Source: Bdellovibrionales bacterium (GTDB lineage Bacteria > Bdellovibrionota > Bdellovibrionia > Bdellovibrionales > UBA1609). Taken from it: a stretch of 19,972 nucleotides of DNA. Shown piece after piece: positions 1-5,894 of the stretch; position 1 is the stretch's first letter; each line of letters begins with the position of its first letter. The DNA lies in assembly GCA_050246815.1 (NCBI GenBank), contig JBFWVI010000051.1:1-19972 (forward strand), written 5' to 3'. The translations under genes were made by a program, and so were the position numbers. Below the pieces are notes generated by a model. It searched no databases. It worked only from the letters and a program-made list of their open reading frames with translations, and was not told where the DNA came from.

Positions 1-1070
1 GCGAAGTGCAGATGCGCCTTTGTGCAGTAGCCGGTGCAGCCGATCTCGCCGACCTTTTGACCATTTGCAACGCGGGCGCCGGGGAAGACGTTGGTGGCGA
101 TGTTGCTTAAGTGATTGTAGTAGCTCTCTAAGCCGCTGGCGTGACGGACCACAACAAAATTGCCCGCCGCACGCTGAAAGCCCGAGCGAATCACCATACC
201 GGCCTCGGCGGCAAAGACATCGGTACCTTCGGGCAGTTCAAAATCAACTCCCATATGGGGTTGGCGACGATTTTTGATGGGATGAAAGCGGCGGCCGTTA
301 AACAGACTCGAGATGCGCAAATAACTCACCGGCGCATAAAGCGGGCGTGTGCTGAGAGAATTTTCTGGATCCAAGAAGGTGCCGCCCCCAGGGTAACGCA
401 CAAAAAAGCGCTTTTCGACACTTTTGCCGATTTCAAGCGAGGCTTCTAAAATTTCACCGTAGCCGATCAGGTCCGAACCATCATACTTGGTTTCAACGCG
501 AAATTGAAATCTGGCGCCGCGCTGAAGCTGTTTAGGCAGATTGTGATCGAACGTGAACGCGTCCATAAAGCGGTAAGCGGTCCAAGCAAAAGGCACGGCC
601 TTTGAAATCGAAGTCAGCAAGGAGCCATGGATCTGTCCTTTGACATTTTTTTCTTTGACCCGAAAATCTTCTTCGCGCAGCAGAGCGCCCACGTTGTTTT
701 TGTGGCGCCAAAACAAGTAGGCAAGATTACGCGGGGCTTCGTAAATTTTAATTTCTGTGAAACGTTTGTCGGCACTTTGGCGCACGCGGTATTTTTCGCC
801 GTTAGAAAGAGACAACCCCTTGGGCAGCAGATTTTGACGATTGATGGTGACAATCTGTTTGTCGTTAAAGCCGTGGCGTTTTAGTAGTCCGGACAAGGTT
901 TCAGCTTTTTTGAAGGGGTAAAAACGTTTACTGGTGTTTGTCGGTGCGGTTGGCAGGTGGCTGGCGTTTTTTTGTGCCGCGACTTGGCTGGTTGCTTGTT
1001 GGTGCGACGATGCTATGATCAGCGCCGAAAGAGGGGCTATGACAATGAAAAAGCGTCGCCAACGATTCAA
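1..1070 (-). CDS. M23 family zinc metallo-endopeptidase (MepM/Csd3-like), 3' end cut by the window edge
   Basis: Manual translation of the minus strand (not in the ORF track) gives MNRWRRFFIVIAPLSALIIASS...RFHPIKNRRQPHMGVDFELPEGTDVFAAEAGMV...GNFVVVRHASGLESYYNHLS...GQKVGEIGCTGYCTKAHLHF. It has the HxxxD (HMGVD, 257-243) and HxH (HLH) zinc motifs and an N-terminal hydrophobic anchor. The TTG start at 1070 is inferred (AGGCAGG just upstream); GTG at 1121 is an alternative. Confidence 0.92.
   Translation of the reverse strand, partial: MNRWRRFFIVIAPLSALIIASSHQQATSQVAAQKNASHLPTAPTNTSKRFYPFKKAETLSGLLKRHGFNDKQIVTINRQNLLPKGLSLSNGEKYRVRQSADKRFTEIKIYEAPRNLAYLFWRHKNNVGALLREEDFRVKEKNVKGQIHGSLLTSISKAVPFAWTAYRFMDAFTFDHNLPKQLQRGARFQFRVETKYDGSDLIGYGEILEASLEIGKSVEKRFFVRYPGGGTFLDPENSLSTRPLYAPVSYLRISSLFNGRRFHPIKNRRQPHMGVDFELPEGTDVFAAEAGMVIRSGFQRAAGNFVVVRHASGLESYYNHLSNIATNVFPGARVANGQKVGEIGCTGYCTKAHLHF
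992..1019 (+). promoter_or_regulatory. Putative sigma70 promoter for the beta-barrel gene, lying antisense inside the M23 CDS
   Basis: TTGCTT (992-997)-N16-TATGAT (1014-1019) with extended -10 TG at 1011-1012, followed by SD GAGGGG (1031-1036) and ATG at 1045. Confidence 0.45.
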
Positions 1071-1941
1071 CGAACCTGCCTGGGTTGGATTTGTTCTTTT
1101 GTTGTTACTATTCCACCACACTCTTGACGCATCACAAACTCAAATTTTTTCAGGTCCAGTCAGCATGGCCATGGGCGGCGGCGGCCGCGCCGGTATTGAG
1201 GCCACTGAAAAATTTTTCTTAAATCCAGCTGCTGTGGCTTTTGGTGAAGGTTTCGAATTGGGCATGAGTTTTCGTGATGGCTATTGGGCCAATGGCGAAC
1301 ACGAATCCGGCTTCAATATCGCGATGCTTGAAAATGATCCCGAAAATTTTGCCAAGGGCGGTTTTGCCTATGTGCAAAGACGAAGAACCGCACCCGGGTT
1401 GACCTGGGATGAACAGTATATTTATGGGGCCATTGGGCAAAATGTTTCTGAATTTTTCAGCTTCGGAATTTCCGTTTATCATTTGTCGCAAAAAGTGAAA
1501 GATGCGCCTGATCACACTGCGGTGAACGGCAGTTTGGGTGCGCTTTTCACTCTGAATCCCGCGGTGGGTTTTGCGTATGTGTTCACAAATCCTGTTGCTG
1601 CAGACAAAGATGTGCCTGTGGCCTTAAGGCCGATCCCACAACAAAGCATCGCACTGAATGTGCTGTTTCAACAACTGATGCGAATCACGTTGGATGTGAC
1701 CCGCTACGAAAAACAAAACCCCGACAAAAAGGGCATTATTCAGATTGGTAACGAGATCAAATTGACGGAATACGGGGTCTTTCGCTTAGGGTTTGAGGTT
1801 GATGACATTCAAAAGCGTAATGCCTTCACGGCGGGAATCGGCTTTTTAGGCCCCCGCCTTAGAGCTAACTACGCGTTTGTTAAGCCTTTTGTAGAAACAA
1901 ATGGTGCGATGCATAGCGTTGACTTGCGCCTACCCTTCTGA
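1045..1941 (+). CDS. Outer-membrane beta-barrel protein, FadL/PorV-like
   Basis: Basic then hydrophobic signal peptide, N-terminal GPVSMAMGGGGRAG...NPAAVAF (resembles the FadL/PorV 'GMGGA...NPAGL' hatch), alternating amphipathic strands and a C-terminal Phe. Start set at ATG 1045 by SD spacing (ATG 1039 is an alternative). The ORF-track start at 934 lies deep in the opposing M23 gene. Confidence 0.7.
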   Translation: MKKRRQRFNEPAWVGFVLLLLLFHHTLDASQTQIFSGPVSMAMGGGGRAGIEATEKFFLNPAAVAFGEGFELGMSFRDGYWANGEHESGFNIAMLENDPENFAKGGFAYVQRRRTAPGLTWDEQYIYGAIGQNVSEFFSFGISVYHLSQKVKDAPDHTAVNGSLGALFTLNPAVGFAYVFTNPVAADKDVPVALRPIPQQSIALNVLFQQLMRITLDVTRYEKQNPDKKGIIQIGNEIKLTEYGVFRLGFEVDDIQKRNAFTAGIGFLGPRLRANYAFVKPFVETNGAMHSVDLRLPF

Positions 1942-1947
1942 TAGCTT
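1919..1947 (+). promoter_or_regulatory. Putative sigma70 promoter of the small basic protein gene
   Basis: TTGACT (1919-1924)-N17-TAGCTT (1942-1947), extended -10 TG at 1939-1940, GC-rich discriminator CGCCCG (1948-1953). Confidence 0.55.
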
Positions 1948-1977
1948 CGCCCGTCTTTCCAATTGAGGAGTTTGAAT

Positions 1978-2106
1978 ATGGCATCGCCCACACGAATCAC
2001 TGAGTTCCGCCGTAAGCGCAAATTGTCCAAACAAGGCCGCAAACGCAAAGCCGCAGTTCGCGCCAAAGGCACCACCAAATCCAAATCCGCCCTTTTCGGC
2101 GAATAA
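1978..2106 (+). CDS. 42-aa highly basic small protein (MASPTRITEFRRKRKLSKQGRKRKAAVRAKGTTKSKSALFGE)
   Basis: Below the ORF-track cutoff. Strong SD GAGGAG (1965-1970) 7 nt before ATG, upstream promoter and downstream terminator. 15 of 42 residues are K or R. Confidence 0.8.
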   Translation: MASPTRITEFRRKRKLSKQGRKRKAAVRAKGTTKSKSALFGE

Positions 2107-2107
2107 A

Positions 2108-2128
2108 AAAAGGTGCCTGGCACCTTTT
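2108..2128. repeat. Perfect 10-bp inverted repeat AAAAGGTGCC-T-GGCACCTTTT (REP-like or terminator-like)
   Basis: Read directly, immediately after the stop codon at 2106. Only one copy seen in this window. Confidence 0.6.
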
Positions 2129-2152
2129 GGTTTAGCTGCGCGTCATGAAAGT

Positions 2153-2188
2153 AAAAAAGCCGCCTCAAAATGGGCGGCTTTTTATTTT
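2153..2188. terminator. Bidirectional intrinsic terminator
   Basis: A6-GCCGCCT-CAAAAT-GGGCGGC-T5ATTTT, lying between the convergent genes 1978..2106 (+) and 2247..2684 (-). Confidence 0.85.
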
Positions 2189-2246
2189 GGTGAATTGGCC
2201 GAAGCAGAGAGTTTTTTGTTCCGATCCAATGTTCAAAATCACCCGT

Positions 2247-2684
2247 CTACTTATTGATCTGACAGTTGTCTTTATTGGCTTCTTCGACCTGGTCTCGTCT
2301 TAAAAAAATGCCAATGTAACCCGTGGGCTTATCCGCACGCATGCCGACCTCGTATTTACTGTAGCGTGTTACTGTCATCGAAACGGGCGTGCTTAAATCG
2401 CCCATACCGCAAGAGGGGACAGCCATTGTTTTGCAAAGAGCAACGGCCACGTTGAATGCATTTACAGCGGATTCTCCAGAGCCGATCGCATTGTGAATGC
2501 GCAAAACCTCATCGGCCCGGGGAAATCGACCACAAGTGGCGATGCAGCTGACTTCGCACTTATAGAAGCCTTTACCACCGGTCATCGCTCTTTCGGGGCC
2601 ACCATCGTTTTCGATCATCGGCGCGGCAAAAGAATTTAGTGAAACTAACGTGGCCATGGCGGCCAGCAATTTTGACATTTTCAT
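2247..2684 (-). CDS. Small secreted cysteine-rich hypothetical protein
   Basis: SD AAGGAG upstream, Sec signal peptide (MKMSKLLAAMATLVSLNSFA), six Cys including CEVSCIATC. Begins 36 bp after the tonB stop. Confidence 0.8.
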   Translation of the reverse strand: MKMSKLLAAMATLVSLNSFAAPMIENDGGPERAMTGGKGFYKCEVSCIATCGRFPRADEVLRIHNAIGSGESAVNAFNVAVALCKTMAVPSCGMGDLSTPVSMTVTRYSKYEVGMRADKPTGYIGIFLRRDQVEEANKDNCQINK

Positions 2685-2720
2685 TTCGGTTCTCCTTACT
2701 GAACGAAATTTACAAAATAA

Positions 2721-3740
2721 TTATTCACCACGACCGCCGCTTTGGCCGGCTGTGCGCAGGCGACTGGCGGCTGGAGTGGCTTGGCCTTTTAACGAAAAGA
2801 CCACCGGATGGGAAGTCCAACCTTCTTGCCCGGCCACATAACGATACTGGGCGACGGCGCGAACAGCTTCACGGTCCAACTCGGGCACCCCTGAGGACTT
2901 TTCAATGCGCACGTCTTTCACACTGCCTTGTTGGGTCACATAGTATTGCAACAGCACCTGACCTTGTTTTCCATTGCGACGAGCAACAGACGGATACTGC
3001 GGGGGCTTGTTGCCCGAGAGCTGTTTCAAATCCAAATACGAGCGAAGCTCGTCATCGCTGGGTCCGGCGGTCGCGCCGAGGTCATTGCTCAAAGAGTCAG
3101 CTCCACCAGAGCCCGAAGTCACGTCTTGAGCCGGTTGTTCAGCCGGCTGGGGCGGCGCTGCTTTGGCGATATCGCTTAATTTTTGCACCACAGGCTGCAT
3201 TTTCGGAGGAGGCAGCTCGTCTTGCGGTTCTTTGCTGACCGCTTCCGCCGCAGCGGCTTCGGCCGTCGTGCTGACAACGTCTTCGTCATTTGCGGATTTG
3301 GCCGCCACCTCTTCATTGATGGCTTTGATTTTCTGTTCTTGCGCAAAAGCCTCGGCTTCGGCCTGGGCCTTGGCTACATCTGCATCGAGCTCATTTTCAG
3401 AGGCGTCGATCGCGACGATTTTTTTACTGGGTTTTGCGGTCAACTCTTGATCCTGAGCGACTTTTTTAGCGGCGGAAACTTTGGCGGTTTTGATCACCGG
3501 CCGAGGGACTTCTTTTTTCACTTCAGGTTGAACTTGAATAGGCTCAGGTTTGACTACTGCGGCGACCGCTGCGGCTTGTTGACCCAACGGTGAAGATCCG
3601 GCCGCGGTGACAAATTCGACCGTGTCGCCGCCTTGTTCGGGCAACATCTTCATGGCGGGAATCACGGCGAGCCCCAAAAGAAGAGCACCGTGAAAAAATG
3701 CGGACAGGCTGACAAAACTGAATGAATTTTTCTTTTCCAT
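2721..3740 (-). CDS. tonB: Energy transducer TonB family protein
   Basis: N-terminal TM with Ser/His (SLSAFFHGALLLGL), long Ala/Glu/Lys/Pro linker, and TonB C-terminal domain (PPQYPSVARRNGKQGQVLLQYYVTQQGSVKDVRIEKSSGVPELDREAVRAV). Start moved to ATG 3740 (GGGAGG upstream). Confidence 0.88.
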   Translation of the reverse strand: MEKKNSFSFVSLSAFFHGALLLGLAVIPAMKMLPEQGGDTVEFVTAAGSSPLGQQAAAVAAVVKPEPIQVQPEVKKEVPRPVIKTAKVSAAKKVAQDQELTAKPSKKIVAIDASENELDADVAKAQAEAEAFAQEQKIKAINEEVAAKSANDEDVVSTTAEAAAAEAVSKEPQDELPPPKMQPVVQKLSDIAKAAPPQPAEQPAQDVTSGSGGADSLSNDLGATAGPSDDELRSYLDLKQLSGNKPPQYPSVARRNGKQGQVLLQYYVTQQGSVKDVRIEKSSGVPELDREAVRAVAQYRYVAGQEGWTSHPVVFSLKGQATPAASRLRTAGQSGGRGE

Positions 3741-4028
3741 ACCCAACGCCTCCCAACAAAGCGTGATCCCGTTCACCCGTTTGGCATTACAAGAGGTGTT
3801 CCAGTGCTACGCAAAAGTTGGGCTGAGGCCAGAACCAATAGGGCAAGGACTGAAGGTGAAGCGCGATGGAAGAATTTCAGGAACGTCGAACAAGTGGGCG
3901 GCCACACCTAGTAAGTATTTCCAGGGCAGGCGCTTTTTGGGCACCAATATGGATGGGCAGGTCGTCGCCGACATGATGCTGCAAAAAATTGAGGGCCCAC
4001 GTGTTTACAAATGCGACGAACCCTTGCG

Positions 4029-5276
4029 CTAAATCAGACGATAGTCTTTTAGACCTGAAACCAGAGTCTTTAAGCAGGTGTTGATCACGACCACCGAAGG
4101 AATGGCCAGCAGCACACCCCATAAACCAAAGGCCATGCCCGCGACGGCCACGGACAAAACCACCACAATGGGGTGCAGGTTGACCGCCTTGCCGACCAGG
4201 ATTGGCTGAAATAAGGCATTGTCTAGCAGGTGGGCGACCGTGACCGAGGCCACCACTCCCAATAAAAGATCGTCGGCCGTTAAGAAGGGCAAGACCGGAT
4301 GAATTTCTTCGACCATCAGGCCATAACCCAAGCCCATCGCCAAACCAACCAGAGTTCCCAAGAAGGGGATGGCATTGGTCACGCCCGACACCAAACCGAT
4401 AAACGCCGCCGACAAAGGGTCGACGCCGAATAAAAATAAACCAAGTCCGATGACCGCCCCAACCAAAAGACATTCTAGAGCGGTGCCGCGCAGGTAGTGG
4501 CCCAAGGCGCGGTCCACGCGTTCGAGCATGGTCAGCACCAGCTCGAAATAATGATTGGGTACAAATCCCATGAAGTAACGAAAAATACTGCCGTCATCAC
4601 CAAGCAAAAAGAAAAAGACGATGGGAAAAAGCAACCAAACCGAAAAAGAGCTAAGCACTTGAGTGATGTGTTGCTTGAGCTCGGCGTCGTTACCGCCGGC
4701 GGGGGTGCGAGCCGCTGCAGCTGTCCAGCGCGGCCGTTTTAAATTTTCTTGCAGCATGTTCTGGATTTCTTCAGAGCTGGGCAGTCGACCTTTATTTTCA
4801 GGAAGCAGGAGTTCATGCTGGTCCAAAGGGCTGATTTGGATCCAGCCGTTCAGCTGCGACATTGCATAGTCGATTTCGGCGCCAAAAGAGCGATAGATCC
4901 AGTGGGCTTGAGTTTCGTCGGGCTGGTTCAAGCGCAACATCCGTTCGACTTTGGCGTTCAGTCGATGTTCGGCTCGCACCATCATTTGGATACGATCCAA
5001 CCCTTGAGGTAAAGCACCAATGACCACGCGGGCGCAAATCAAAACAGAGCCGATCAAAAAAAAGGCCACGGTCATCACCGCTAAGTGGGCCGACCAGCCT
5101 TTGCCGCGCAGAATGTAGACCAGGGGTTTGCACAAGTACGCCAACACGATGGCCACAGCGCAGGGCAAAATCAGCCCGCGCGCGAGCAGCGTCAGCGATG
5201 CAAGGGCCAGCAATGTGGGGATCAAAATCGCATAGCGCAGCCAAAGCCGGCGATTCGAGCGCAAAGCTTTATCCAT
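4029..5276 (-). CDS. AI-2E (PerM/TqsA/UPF0118) family transporter
   Basis: Multi-TM protein with family motifs ILPCAVAIVLAYLCKPLV, YLRG, NAIPFLG, DNALFQPILVGKAVNLHPIVVVLSV and FGLWGVLLAIP. Confidence 0.9.
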   Translation of the reverse strand: MDKALRSNRRLWLRYAILIPTLLALASLTLLARGLILPCAVAIVLAYLCKPLVYILRGKGWSAHLAVMTVAFFLIGSVLICARVVIGALPQGLDRIQMMVRAEHRLNAKVERMLRLNQPDETQAHWIYRSFGAEIDYAMSQLNGWIQISPLDQHELLLPENKGRLPSSEEIQNMLQENLKRPRWTAAAARTPAGGNDAELKQHITQVLSSFSVWLLFPIVFFFLLGDDGSIFRYFMGFVPNHYFELVLTMLERVDRALGHYLRGTALECLLVGAVIGLGLFLFGVDPLSAAFIGLVSGVTNAIPFLGTLVGLAMGLGYGLMVEEIHPVLPFLTADDLLLGVVASVTVAHLLDNALFQPILVGKAVNLHPIVVVLSVAVAGMAFGLWGVLLAIPSVVVINTCLKTLVSGLKDYRLI

Positions 5277-5811
5277 TGACGGCCACTTTCATGGTGCGAT
5301 CTTCTTTTTGCAGGCGATCGATGGTGCCTTTAAGCCGTGTGCTGGTGATTTGCGCCAGCGAACGATAGACCAGGCCACCCAGCACCGGGCTTTGCGCTAG
5401 CATTCGATCCAGTTCATAGCGCGGCAATGCCAAAACGGTGACGTCCTTGACGGCGCGGGCCGAAGCGGAGCGGGGAGCATCGTCAAGTAAAGCCAATTCG
5501 CCAAAAAAGGATCCTGCTTCTAGAAGCGCAATGGCGATGGGACTCGCGCCTTTTTCAGAGGGCAGTTCGATGCTGACTTGGCCCGCTTCGATGAAGTACA
5601 AGGCAGCGCCGGGATGGCCCACTTCGAAGATGTGCTCGCCACTGACGTACTGGCGTGAGTGCAAAAATTCGCACATCAAATGGACCTGAAAGGGCGAGAA
5701 GCCTTGAAAAAAAGAAGTCTGTTGCAAAAAGTCTTCGCGGCTTTGGCTTTTGGCCAAGGACTTTTTGAATAAATCTTTCCAGAAAAAATCGATCCACTTT
5801 GATTTCAGCAT
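5269..5811 (-). CDS. Stand-alone cyclic nucleotide-binding (cNMP) domain protein
   Basis: IFEVGHPGAALYFIEAGQVSI and the phosphate-binding cassette FFGELALLDDAPRSASARA. No C-terminal HTH. Overlaps the AI-2E gene by 8 nt. Confidence 0.9.
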   Translation of the reverse strand: MLKSKWIDFFWKDLFKKSLAKSQSREDFLQQTSFFQGFSPFQVHLMCEFLHSRQYVSGEHIFEVGHPGAALYFIEAGQVSIELPSEKGASPIAIALLEAGSFFGELALLDDAPRSASARAVKDVTVLALPRYELDRMLAQSPVLGGLVYRSLAQITSTRLKGTIDRLQKEDRTMKVAVNG

Positions 5812-5817
5812 ACGACT

Positions 5818-5845
5818 TTATCGGAATGATCAAAGGCAATGTGGA
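5818..5845 (-). promoter_or_regulatory. Putative sigma28 (FliA)-type promoter of the cNMP/AI-2E pair
   Basis: Minus strand TCCAC-N16-CCGATAA; -10 is strong and -35 degenerate. ATG follows 6 nt later with no SD, so the mRNA would be leaderless. Confidence 0.4.
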
Positions 5846-5894
5846 GCCGTTAACGCAGGTGTTGGACTAAGGTCTTACCGCAAAGTCAGCAGGT

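Noticed and set aside
20..884. ORF-track entries 20..277, 141..449, 614..853 and 627..884
   Set aside because: Shadow or off-frame ORFs over the M23 peptidase gene, which has clear catalytic motifs.
934..1044. Long N-terminal extension of the beta-barrel ORF
   Set aside because: Lies antisense within the M23 CDS; promoter and SD point to ATG 1045.
1869..2168. 99-aa minus-strand ORF
   Set aside because: Antisense to the better supported 42-aa gene and starts inside the terminator.
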